Part shown: one piece after another, positions 9,866 to 18,365 of the stretch | How positions within the stretch are numbered: the stretch's first letter is position 1 | Layout: each line of letters opens with the position of its first letter | DNA from: an uncultured bacterium | GTDB lineage: Bacteria > Patescibacteriota > Dojkabacteria > SC72 | Assembly (NCBI GenBank): GCA_903906305.1 | Contig: CAIVJR010000007.1 | Location: 45,809-109,808, forward strand | DNA: 64,000 bases | Reading direction: 5' to 3' | Made by a program: the position numbers and the translations under genes | The notes under the pieces: generated by a model | What the model was told of the DNA's origin: nothing | Seen by the model: only the letters and a program-made list of their open reading frames with translations | Database searches by the model: none

Positions 9866-10663
9866 GTGAAAAAATACAGGTTAAAGGTACAAAACGATAT
9901 TATATATCTATTTATACTCCTCGCCATAACGGAGTTTTTTAACTATCTCGTCCTAAATACACGAGGCGTAGGATTAATGATAACAGCAGGATTAGGAATT
10001 CTTCTTCTTGAAACATGGTTCATACGAACATTTAGTCTCTACTCTGGCAAAAAGATATCAAAATACAGTGATGTACTTGTCAAAATATCACTCAAAGATC
10101 GATTCTTTAGCTATTTTGTTCTCCCACTGATATTTTACATATCCATTCTAGCGTTCTTGTATTTCAACCGTAATTTGCTACTTGGTCATGTAGTTCTTGG
10201 TATCTGTATGGTGCTTTTCCTCATACTTTTCTTGAATGTAAAGAGCTCACTAAACAAGATATATTCGGTTGCCAATGCAACACGAGCGATCTTTGACTTC
10301 ATTTGTATTACAATTCTGTATTTACTCACAAACATATTTGTAAGAGTAGGTTTCTCAATGGTCACTTTCTCACTAATCCTCTTTGGTACTGCATTTGTAT
10401 TATTACTTTTCTCATTAAAACTACACCGAAAACTGGGATTAATGGAGATATTTGTTTCTCTGCTAAGTTCCGTATTCATATCCTGTTTTACAATCATATT
10501 CTGGAGCACAAATATTTTTGTAATTCCCCTTGTCGCAGCTTTAGGTTTCTATCTAGTTATATCAATATGGAATATCCGATTCTCAGGTAAAATACATTTG
10601 GTTGATTACTTCTTACCAATTTTGTATGTGATTCTAGCTTTAATATTAATTCTTACAATTTAA
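9866..10663 (+). CDS. polytopic membrane protein, function unknown
   Basis: There are 7-8 predicted hydrophobic helices and no recognisable motif. Confidence 0.5.
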   Translation: MKKYRLKVQNDIIYLFILLAITEFFNYLVLNTRGVGLMITAGLGILLLETWFIRTFSLYSGKKISKYSDVLVKISLKDRFFSYFVLPLIFYISILAFLYFNRNLLLGHVVLGICMVLFLILFLNVKSSLNKIYSVANATRAIFDFICITILYLLTNIFVRVGFSMVTFSLILFGTAFVLLLFSLKLHRKLGLMEIFVSLLSSVFISCFTIIFWSTNIFVIPLVAALGFYLVISIWNIRFSGKIHLVDYFLPILYVILALILILTI

Positions 10664-11364
10664 TGCCTAAAAAGATTGTTGTTAAAATAGGGGGTTCGGT
10701 ACTTTACGATGGTAATTTAGATATTAATTTTTCGGTATTAAAGAAATTTAAGGATTGGTATATCCAGCATAAAGAGGAATATGAAAAGATTGTCATAGTA
10801 ACAGGTGGGGGTATGCTTTCAAGGGAGATACAGAGGAAAATGGAAGGTTCTGTAACTGAGAAGGAATACCAGCATAATATTGCTATGTCCATTACCCAAA
10901 CTAATGCAGCCATAATACAGGGGTATTTAGAAGATTTCGATTCATATATGCCAAGGAGACTTGGTGACGCATATGAATTCTTGAATGAGGAGAAGAATAG
11001 GACTCTAATTAGTGGAGGATTAAAAGTAGGATGGAGTACCGATATGGACGCTGCTATATTTGCAGATATGTTGGATGTAGATACGGTATACAAGGTTTCA
11101 GATATTGATCATGTATATGATGTAGATCCAAGTAATAACCCTAATGCTAAGCCATTTGACGATTTAACATGGGTTGAATACTCAGGGCTGTTCAACATCA
11201 CTGATGATGTTAATCATGAAGCTAACAAAAACATTCCAATTGATGTAACTTGTGCTAAATTCTGTCTTAAGAAGGGAATATCATTCTTCATATGTGGTGG
11301 AGATGCGTTAAAAGAAAAATCTACGGTAGAAGAGATTCTTCAAACAGGAACTTTGATACATTAA
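10663..11364 (+). CDS. pyrH: amino-acid-kinase family protein, probable archaeal-type UMP kinase
   Basis: KIGGSVL and IVTGGG are present, followed by a later SGG and VYDVDP. The 233-aa length fits archaeal-type UMP kinase. Confidence 0.55.
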   Translation: MPKKIVVKIGGSVLYDGNLDINFSVLKKFKDWYIQHKEEYEKIVIVTGGGMLSREIQRKMEGSVTEKEYQHNIAMSITQTNAAIIQGYLEDFDSYMPRRLGDAYEFLNEEKNRTLISGGLKVGWSTDMDAAIFADMLDVDTVYKVSDIDHVYDVDPSNNPNAKPFDDLTWVEYSGLFNITDDVNHEANKNIPIDVTCAKFCLKKGISFFICGGDALKEKSTVEEILQTGTLIH

Positions 11365-11819
11365 GCAATAGCTTCAATGGTATATTCCGTTGCACCCTTA
11401 GGAGTAGTAATTGTAACCTTTGAGTTCAATTTCTTTCCCATGATAGCTTGTCCAATTGGGGATAGGTGAGAAATTTTACCTTCTAATGGGTTAGCTTCTT
11501 CCTCTCCAGTGATTTCATACTTTACAGATTTTCCATTTTTCAATGTTACAGTGTCTCCAAGCCCAACTATACTCTTGTTCTTGTCTTTTGCCACTTTCGC
11601 AGTTCTAATTTTCTCCTTTAGCTCAAGGATTCTTTCTTCGTTTACATATTGATTTTCAAGAGCCATAGCATAGCCATCATTCTCTTTTAAATCTCCTTGA
11701 TTGCGCATTTCATTGATTGTATCCGCAATCTTTGCTCTAAGCTCAGTTTCTCTTTTGATGAGCTCATCTTTTAACTTTTTAAAACCGGACAGTGTTGTTT
11801 GGTATATGTTTTGTGTCAT
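11361..11819 (-). CDS. greA: transcription elongation factor GreA
   Basis: The N-terminal coiled coil has an acidic tip (GDLKENDGY) and there is a C-terminal FKBP-like domain. Length is 152 aa. Confidence 0.85.
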   Translation of the reverse strand: MTQNIYQTTLSGFKKLKDELIKRETELRAKIADTINEMRNQGDLKENDGYAMALENQYVNEERILELKEKIRTAKVAKDKNKSIVGLGDTVTLKNGKSVKYEITGEEEANPLEGKISHLSPIGQAIMGKKLNSKVTITTPKGATEYTIEAIA

Positions 11820-11924
11820 ATATCCCGGTATTTAATTTAGTAACGGAACATATTAATATTATGGGGGAAAGAAGTCAATAGATACAAAATATACCCAGTT
11901 TATGATAGAATTACAGCCAGAAAT

Positions 11925-11999
11925 GCCGCTATCGTCTAACGGTTAGGACATATGATTCTCAATCATACAACCGGGGTCCGATTCCCCGTAGCGGTACCA
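11925..11999 (+). tRNA. tRNA-Glu (anticodon CUC), CCA encoded
   Basis: I folded it by hand. The acceptor stem is GCCGCUA/UAGCGGU (G1-U72 wobble). The anticodon stem UAUGA/UCAUA encloses loop UUCUCAA, giving anticodon CUC. The T-stem is CGGGG/CCCCG with loop UCCGAUU (a C where U55 is normally found). The 3' end carries ACCA. Confidence 0.75.
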
Positions 12000-12023
12000 T
12001 ATAAATATTTTAATATTTCCTCA

Positions 12024-12659
12024 ATGGCAAAAGTCTTTAATATAACAACATCTAAGGATGAAAAGGTTATTGGATTTTACAACCAGGCAATGGAGGAATT
12101 ATGCGAATTCTATGATATTCAATGGAATGAAAATACACCTTTAGTTCATATTGTTCCAGATAGGAAGACGTTTGATGATTTATGGGGTGAAAAAACTGGA
12201 AATTGGGTTGTTGGGGATACAATGGGAACGAACAAAATCTTGTATATTCTCTCTCCAGATGCGTATGAAAAGGATAGTATTCATAAATATTCGGATAAAG
12301 AATATTTGGGATTAATAAAGCATGAATTGAGCCATCTATTTTGTCAGATATTGTTTGATAGCTTTGAGCCACTTTGGTTTACAGAAGGGATAGCAGTATA
12401 TACTTCAGGACAATTAGAAAGGTATGAAAGGCCAAAGAAATTTTCTAAATTTCTTGAATTCTTCGATACACTTGGAGATGAAGCATATAGCCAGGCAGGA
12501 TTTGCAGTTGAAATATTGATTAAGAAGATTGGAAAGAAAAAATTCTTAAAAGCATTAAAGGATATTAAAACTCCAGTTACGAAGGAATCATTTAAAGAAT
12601 TTTTTAAGAAAAATTTTGATATAGAATTAAGTTATAAATGGTTTAATGAAAATCTATGA
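12024..12659 (+). CDS. hypothetical protein with HExxH motif (possible zinc metalloprotease-like)
   Basis: The HELSHLF motif is present. I moved the start to the internal Met (MAKVFNITT) because the longer ORF start at 11952 overlaps the tRNA-Glu gene. Confidence 0.45.
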   Translation: MAKVFNITTSKDEKVIGFYNQAMEELCEFYDIQWNENTPLVHIVPDRKTFDDLWGEKTGNWVVGDTMGTNKILYILSPDAYEKDSIHKYSDKEYLGLIKHELSHLFCQILFDSFEPLWFTEGIAVYTSGQLERYERPKKFSKFLEFFDTLGDEAYSQAGFAVEILIKKIGKKKFLKALKDIKTPVTKESFKEFFKKNFDIELSYKWFNENL

Positions 12660-13312
12660 AATTCGATATCATAACAATCTTCCCTGAAATAATAGAAGAA
12701 TATATAAACAAAGGAATAGTAAACATAGCCAGAGAAAAAGGATTGGTAGAAATTAACGTACACAACCTAAGAGATTGGACAGAAGATAATCATAAAACAG
12801 TAGACGATACCCCATGTGGTGGCGGGCCAGGAATGGTATTAAAAGTAGAACCCATATACAGAGCAATACAGGATTTAAAAAAGGAAAATACCATAGTAGC
12901 TATAACTACTCCTAAGGGAGAGAAATTAGTACAAAGCAAATTAAAGAATTTTTCAACCAAATCAGACTTACACATGATTATCCTATGTGGAAGATATGAG
13001 GGATTTGATCAAAGAATCCATGACAATTTGGTAGACTATGAATTCTCAATCGGGGATTATGTCCTCTCGGGAGGAGAATTAGCATCCCTCGTATTGGTAG
13101 ATGGAATTACCAGATTGCTACCAGGAGTTTTGGGTAATGAAGAATCTCTTAATGAAGAATCATTTAATGATGGAGAAACCTTAGACTATCCTCAATATAC
13201 TAGACCAATAGAGTTTAATGGCTGGAAAGTGCCTGATGTCTTACTTTCTGGAAATCATGAAGAAATTAAAAAATGGAGAGCCTCTCAAAAGCCTCTAATA
13301 GGTAAGAATTAA
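12656..13312 (+). CDS. trmD: tRNA (guanine37-N1)-methyltransferase
   Basis: MKFDIITIFPE, CGGGPGMVL, LCGRYEGFDQR and SIGDYVLSGGEL are the TrmD SPOUT-fold signatures. Confidence 0.9.
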   Translation: MKFDIITIFPEIIEEYINKGIVNIAREKGLVEINVHNLRDWTEDNHKTVDDTPCGGGPGMVLKVEPIYRAIQDLKKENTIVAITTPKGEKLVQSKLKNFSTKSDLHMIILCGRYEGFDQRIHDNLVDYEFSIGDYVLSGGELASLVLVDGITRLLPGVLGNEESLNEESFNDGETLDYPQYTRPIEFNGWKVPDVLLSGNHEEIKKWRASQKPLIGKN

Positions 13313-13381
13313 GGCTATATTACATAATATTCTCATAGACTATATAATATACTATAGAGTTCTAAATTAAGAACAAAGAAA

Positions 13382-13846
13382 ATGAAAGAAAAAATACTCC
13401 TAACCAAGGAAAAGAAAGAAGCCTTAGAATTAGAATTAAAGAATTTAATTGAAGTTAAGAAACCTGAAATCTCTGCAGCTTTGGCATTAGCAAGGCAAAA
13501 TGATTTGAGTGATGACACGGATGATCTAAGCATTATGTTGGTAGAGAAGGAATCTTTTGAGGATAGGATCAAGGAATTAAAAGAACTTTTGGCAAATTCC
13601 AAGGTTATAGATAAAAAATTCTGTACTCCAAACAAAGTAAGTGTTGGTTCTGAAATCAAAGTTGAATTCAATGGAAAGAAACAGGATTTAAAACTTGTAA
13701 CTACATTGGAATCAGATCCACTAAAAGGATATATATCTGAAGGTTCTCCATTAGGTAAAGCTTTGTTAAAAGCTCAAGTAGGGAAGACCGTTGATTTCAA
13801 GGTAAAGGGAAGAAAATTTGAATACAAGATCTTAGAGATTTGCTAA
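13382..13846 (+). CDS. GreA/GreB-family paralogue (second Gre factor)
   Basis: It has a 154-aa coiled-coil N-terminus plus a C-terminal FKBP-like domain (GSPLGKALLKAQVGKTV). The coiled-coil tip (NDLSDDTDD) diverges from canonical DxxE. Confidence 0.6.
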   Translation: MKEKILLTKEKKEALELELKNLIEVKKPEISAALALARQNDLSDDTDDLSIMLVEKESFEDRIKELKELLANSKVIDKKFCTPNKVSVGSEIKVEFNGKKQDLKLVTTLESDPLKGYISEGSPLGKALLKAQVGKTVDFKVKGRKFEYKILEIC

Positions 13847-15115
13847 ATCTTCAATCTTAACTCTTTCTTGCTTCATTGTATCTCTGTCTCTAACTGTTAC
13901 AGTATTATCTTCTAGTGTTTGATAATCCACAGTTATACAGTATGGTGTACCAATTTCATCTTGGTATCGATATCTTTTCCCGATATTGCCTCTCGCATCC
14001 CATACAACCTTCTTGGTATCTGTAAGCTTCTCAAATATTTCTCTAGCCTTGTTAACAATTTCTTCTTTGTTAGAAACCAATGGGAATACCGCGGCTTTGT
14101 ATGCAGCTATCTCAGGATTAATCTTTAATACTGTCCTAATCTCACCATTCTCTAAAGTTTCTTCCTCATATGAGTCTAAAAGTAAGAACAAGAATGTTCT
14201 GTCCACACCACCTGAAGTTTCAACAATGTTTGGCATGTATTTTTCACCTGTTTGAGGATCGGTATATGACAAATCTTTCCCAGAGAATTTACTATGCTGT
14301 GTTAGATCGTAATCACCTCTCCAGTGTATACCTTCATTTTCAGCCCATCCCCATGGTGCTAGATATTCAACATCAAAAGCTTTCTTAGCATAGAAGACTA
14401 ATTTTTCTTTTGGATGTTCAAAGAATCTCAGATTCTCATGCTTTCGGTATAGCTTCTTGTAGAAGTTCATTCTTTCTTCCTTCCAATATTCAAATGATTT
14501 TTCCATATCGTTTGGATGAACGAAATACTGCATATCCCATTGCTCAAATTCTCTAGTTCTGAATGTAAACTTGTTCGGAGTGATTTCATTTCTAAATGCT
14601 TTTCCAATTTGTGCAATACCAAAAGGAATTTGTTGTCTTGTAGAATCAACAACATTTTTAAAATCAAGATATATGGTTTGGCAGGCTTCACCTCTGAGGT
14701 ATGCTGTTACTTTTTCTCCTTCAATTACACCGACTTCGGTTTTAAAAAGCATATTGTATGTTCTTGGTTCTGTGAATTCTGTTCCACCACACTTTGGACA
14801 TTTGCCATCTATATCTTCAGGTCTAAATCTTGCATGACATTTTTTACATTCAACAGCTTCATCCCCAAAACCTTTGATATGACCAGATGCCTCCCATACT
14901 TTTGGATGGGTGATAATGGTTCCATCAATACCAACAACATTCTCTCGTTTGTCTACCATGTTCTTCCACCAATATCTTTTGAGATTGTTCTTCATCTCTA
15001 CACCTACAGGACCATAATCATAGAATCCTCCTATACCACCATATATTTCAGAATTTTGAAATATAATACCTCTTCTTTTACTGAGGGATGTGACTTTTTG
15101 TAGAAGATCTTCCAT
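13832..15115 (-). CDS. glyQS: glycine--tRNA ligase (dimeric class II type)
   Basis: IFQNSEIYGGIGGFYDYGPVGVE and the class II motifs are present, as is the anticodon-binding region. Confidence 0.9.
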   Translation of the reverse strand: MEDLLQKVTSLSKRRGIIFQNSEIYGGIGGFYDYGPVGVEMKNNLKRYWWKNMVDKRENVVGIDGTIITHPKVWEASGHIKGFGDEAVECKKCHARFRPEDIDGKCPKCGGTEFTEPRTYNMLFKTEVGVIEGEKVTAYLRGEACQTIYLDFKNVVDSTRQQIPFGIAQIGKAFRNEITPNKFTFRTREFEQWDMQYFVHPNDMEKSFEYWKEERMNFYKKLYRKHENLRFFEHPKEKLVFYAKKAFDVEYLAPWGWAENEGIHWRGDYDLTQHSKFSGKDLSYTDPQTGEKYMPNIVETSGGVDRTFLFLLLDSYEEETLENGEIRTVLKINPEIAAYKAAVFPLVSNKEEIVNKAREIFEKLTDTKKVVWDARGNIGKRYRYQDEIGTPYCITVDYQTLEDNTVTVRDRDTMKQERVKIEDLANL

Positions 15116-15223
15116 AGGTCGAAAGATGAAATTAATATTCCTGATTATATCTTAAAATCTTGTGTAAGGACAGATTATTTATATGATATAATCCTACTAT
15201 CTTAAATTATATGATTCGTTCCC

Positions 15224-16768
15224 ATGGAGGATACACAAAGGAGTGACATGCTCGGACAAAGACAAGTAAGATTAGAGAAAATCGAAGCACTCAAGAAGTT
15301 AGGTGTGGAGATATATCCTGCGAAGTCATATAAACAATTTCACAATGGAGAAATATTAAACAATTTTGAAAAATATGAAGGGCAAGAAGTCTGTCTTGCG
15401 GGTAGAGTAGTAGCCTGGAGAGAGCATGGACAACTTTTGTTTGGAAATATAATGGATCAAACTGGAACCATCCAGATCATGGTTAGAGAAAGTGAGCTTG
15501 TTGAAGACCTTGCTAAGGGATATTTGGGATTTGATAAGTTGACGCTTTTGGATTTGGCAGATTTTGTTGAAGTCTATGGAATCATCGGCAAAACTAAAAC
15601 TGGTGAAATTTCGGTTATGGTTAAAAACATAAGGTTGCTTTCTAAAGCATTAAGACCAATTCCACGAAAATTGGAAAACAAAGAGCAGATATTTAGAAGA
15701 AGATATTTGGATTTGGTAGTAGATAGGGAAAGTTTTGAGATGTTTAAGAGGAAAGCTCAATTCTGGCAGGTACAGAGAGATCTTCTAAGAAGCGAAGGCT
15801 TTATAGAAGTTGAAGTTCCTGTAATGGAAGCTATAACTGGTGGAGCAGATGCTAGGCCATTTGTTACACATCATAATGCTTTAAATCAGGATTTCTTTTT
15901 AAGAATTTCTACGGAATTGTATCAAAAGAGGTTAATAGGTGGTGGATATGAAAAGATATATACATTAGGTCCTAACTTCAGAAATGAAGGTATGGATGAT
16001 GAACATCTTCCAGAATTCCAAGATATCGAATGGTATTGGGCATATGCCAATTACAGAGATAATATGGATTTAGTAAGAAGATTGTTCTTAGAGATTGCTA
16101 ACAAGGTATATGGTAGAACCAAGTTTACAACTAGAGGTCATACATTTGATTTAGCTGATGAATGGAAGGAATTAGACTATACAACAATAATCAAGGAAAG
16201 GTTTGATATTGATATCTTCAACGATTCAGATGAGAAGATGTTAAAGGTTATAGAGGACAACCATATTGAGATGGGTGGTGAAGTAAACAGAAATAGATTA
16301 ATTGATACGCTTTGGAAAGCTATTAGGGCTACAATATCTGGCCCTGCATTCTTAGTGAATCAACCAAAATTTGTTTCTCCTTTAGCAAAATCACATCAGG
16401 ATAATCCTGAATTAACAGAAAGATTCCAAGTAATAATTGCAGGGAGTGAATTGGGTAATGGATATTCTGAAATTAATGATCCTCAAGATCAATTAGATAG
16501 ATTCTTGGAACAACAGGCTTTAAGAGAGAGTGGGGATGATGAGGCTCAGATGTTAGATATTGATTTTGTTGAGATGTTGGAATATGGTATGCCACCTACG
16601 AGTGGTTATGGTCAAAGTGAGAGAATATTCTGGTTCTTAGAAGATGTTTCTGGTAGAGAAGGTATATTCTTCCCACCTATGAGGATAGAAGTAGAGAATA
16701 CGACTAAAGAAATATACAAGGACAAAGTCAAATTCAAGGAAACGGTTAAGAAAGAGGAGAAGAAATAA
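15224..16768 (+). CDS. lysS: lysine--tRNA ligase (class II)
   Basis: An N-terminal OB fold is followed by the class II core (FIEVEVPVM, GPNFRNEGMDDEHLPEF, GGSE). Confidence 0.9.
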   Translation: MEDTQRSDMLGQRQVRLEKIEALKKLGVEIYPAKSYKQFHNGEILNNFEKYEGQEVCLAGRVVAWREHGQLLFGNIMDQTGTIQIMVRESELVEDLAKGYLGFDKLTLLDLADFVEVYGIIGKTKTGEISVMVKNIRLLSKALRPIPRKLENKEQIFRRRYLDLVVDRESFEMFKRKAQFWQVQRDLLRSEGFIEVEVPVMEAITGGADARPFVTHHNALNQDFFLRISTELYQKRLIGGGYEKIYTLGPNFRNEGMDDEHLPEFQDIEWYWAYANYRDNMDLVRRLFLEIANKVYGRTKFTTRGHTFDLADEWKELDYTTIIKERFDIDIFNDSDEKMLKVIEDNHIEMGGEVNRNRLIDTLWKAIRATISGPAFLVNQPKFVSPLAKSHQDNPELTERFQVIIAGSELGNGYSEINDPQDQLDRFLEQQALRESGDDEAQMLDIDFVEMLEYGMPPTSGYGQSERIFWFLEDVSGREGIFFPPMRIEVENTTKEIYKDKVKFKETVKKEEKK

Positions 16769-16782
16769 TAGAAATTTGTTAA

Positions 16783-16847
16783 CCAATCCTTCTTCTCTTA
16801 TATTCTCACATATGAGTAATGCACATAGTGGCAAGAAGAAGGATTGG
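16783..16847. terminator. 13-bp inverted repeat hairpin between lysS and the minus-strand tRNA (possible bidirectional terminator)
   Basis: CCAATCCTTCTTC (16783-16795) and GAAGAAGGATTGG (16835-16847) enclose 39 nt. The hairpin sits between two convergent 3' ends. Confidence 0.35.
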
Positions 16848-16855
16848 ACTATATT

Positions 16856-16932
16856 TGGCTCCTCGTGCGTGGGTTCGAACCCGCGACCTAGTGATTACAA
16901 TCACCCGCTCTAACCAACTGAGCTAACGAGGA
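16856..16932 (-). tRNA. tRNA, anticodon region reads GUA (Tyr); class I, irregular anticodon arm and T-stem
   Basis: On the minus strand the acceptor stem is UCCUCGU/ACGAGGA and the D-arm is UAGCUCAGUUGGUUAGAGC. The T-loop is UUCGAAC. The 3' end carries G then CCA. The anticodon arm is only 16 nt (GGUGA-UUGUAA-UCACU). The T-stem needs a bulged A to pair. Confidence 0.65.
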
Positions 16933-17131
16933 ACAAAAAGTGGTGCATGTGTTATGGGATTGGGACCCTACCGTCTCGGTATCCAAGCGAGAGCGATGCT
17001 TCTTTCTAAGCTACACATTGCACCATAATATTGTGATATCTACCTGATTTAACGGACAAATCGCACTCTTATTGAGCTCAGTAGATATACTACAAAAATT
17101 TCAAAGAACAAATTTCATTAATAATAAAGAA

Positions 17132-17160
17132 ATTATAATATAACTATTTCTATCGGTCAA
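17132..17160 (-). promoter_or_regulatory. sigma70-like promoter on the minus strand (TTGACC-17 nt-TATAAT) upstream of the tRNA leader
   Basis: Reading the minus strand, TTGACC is the complement of 17155-17160 and TATAAT is the complement of 17132-17137. The spacer is exactly 17 nt. Confidence 0.45.
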
Positions 17161-17197
17161 TCTAAAACAATCTATATATTTCTGATATCATTAACAT

Positions 17198-17569
17198 ATG
17201 GAATCAATCAAAGACTTATTACAACAAATCAAACAAGGAGCAGAAGAGAAGGCTGATGAAACCAGTACTCCGCAGAATACACTCTTTGATACAAAGAAAT
17301 TAGCCACTAACCCTAACAAGCTGTTTGATAACAAACATAAGTACATATCTACTGAATATCAAATGTATGGACTTAGATTAGCAGGAAAACTAGATGACAA
17401 GAAACGAGCTACAATGTATATCAAATGGGCTAAGGAAAAACCAAGAGCAATACTAGAAATGGCATATAGCTTCTGTATAGACTATCCAAGTGCAAGAGAT
17501 AAAAGTAAGATATTTATGTGGAAAGTAAAAGAACTAGAAGATGAAAGAAAAAATAAACCAAAAGAGTAA
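17198..17569 (+). CDS. hypothetical protein
   Basis: A 123-aa ORF rich in K/E and carrying no motif I recognise. It overlaps the start of the next ORF. Confidence 0.4.
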   Translation: MESIKDLLQQIKQGAEEKADETSTPQNTLFDTKKLATNPNKLFDNKHKYISTEYQMYGLRLAGKLDDKKRATMYIKWAKEKPRAILEMAYSFCIDYPSARDKSKIFMWKVKELEDERKNKPKE

Positions 17570-18365
17570 TTTCAAAAATATTCTTAAGCGAATAACTAAG
17601 ATGTTTTTTGCGCAGGAATTTATGCACAAAGAACAGCTACTTGTTTGGATTATTGCGGATATTATTAAGATTGCGGGATTATGTTTTGTATGGGCTGCAT
17701 CTGCTCGAATGACGGGGAATATGGATCAAGGATATGTGATCACATACTACGTAATGATGATTTTAGTTGGCAAACTTATGCAAGATATTACTCCTGAAAA
17801 TGGGGTAAGACAGATTTTAAACGGAAAATTCTCCAACTCTCTTCTTAAACCTATGTCATATCTGACAGAATATTTGGGAAGTAATATGGGGTCGAATTTT
17901 TTTAGGCTAATAGTCTCAATCCCTGCTTTTGGATTAGGAATGTATATTACGAATAGACTTGGGTTTTGGATAGTGGATTTCAATCCATATTTGATACTGC
18001 TAGGGCTATTTGCTGTTGTACTAGGCTTTTTGATCAATTTCCTCTTAGGGAATATTTTTGCCATGTTGGCCTTTTACAACAAAAATATGGAAGGAATGAG
18101 AATCTTTTATAGTAATATTACAGCAACCTTTTCGGGAGAATACATACCCTTTGTGGCATTACCATTAGTGGCTTTGTTCACGGTACAGGTATTACCTTTC
18201 AGATATACACTTTCCTTTCCAATTGAAATTCTATTAGGAAGAATGACAAACTATGATATTGGTCTAGGATTTTTAATTGGAATTGTATGGCTAATTGCCT
18301 TGTATATCATCTATTCTATTTTCTTTAAGATATCCATAAAAAAATATGCAGCAGAAGGGATATAG
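17541..18365 (+). CDS. polytopic membrane protein, ABC-2-type permease-like
   Basis: It has about 6 TM helices. The size and paired arrangement match ABC-2 family permeases. No ATPase gene is adjacent. Confidence 0.4.
   Translation: MKEKINQKSNFKNILKRITKMFFAQEFMHKEQLLVWIIADIIKIAGLCFVWAASARMTGNMDQGYVITYYVMMILVGKLMQDITPENGVRQILNGKFSNSLLKPMSYLTEYLGSNMGSNFFRLIVSIPAFGLGMYITNRLGFWIVDFNPYLILLGLFAVVLGFLINFLLGNIFAMLAFYNKNMEGMRIFYSNITATFSGEYIPFVALPLVALFTVQVLPFRYTLSFPIEILLGRMTNYDIGLGFLIGIVWLIALYIIYSIFFKISIKKYAAEGI

Noticed and set aside
11952-12023. Long ORF start at 11952 for the HExxH protein
   Set aside because: The first 48 nt overlap the tRNA-Glu gene. An internal Met at 12024 gives a non-overlapping start.
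16935-17030. SRP (4.5S) RNA candidate
   Set aside because: It lacks the conserved GGAA tetraloop and AGCAGC domain IV motifs. It is kept as an unclassified structured leader or sRNA.
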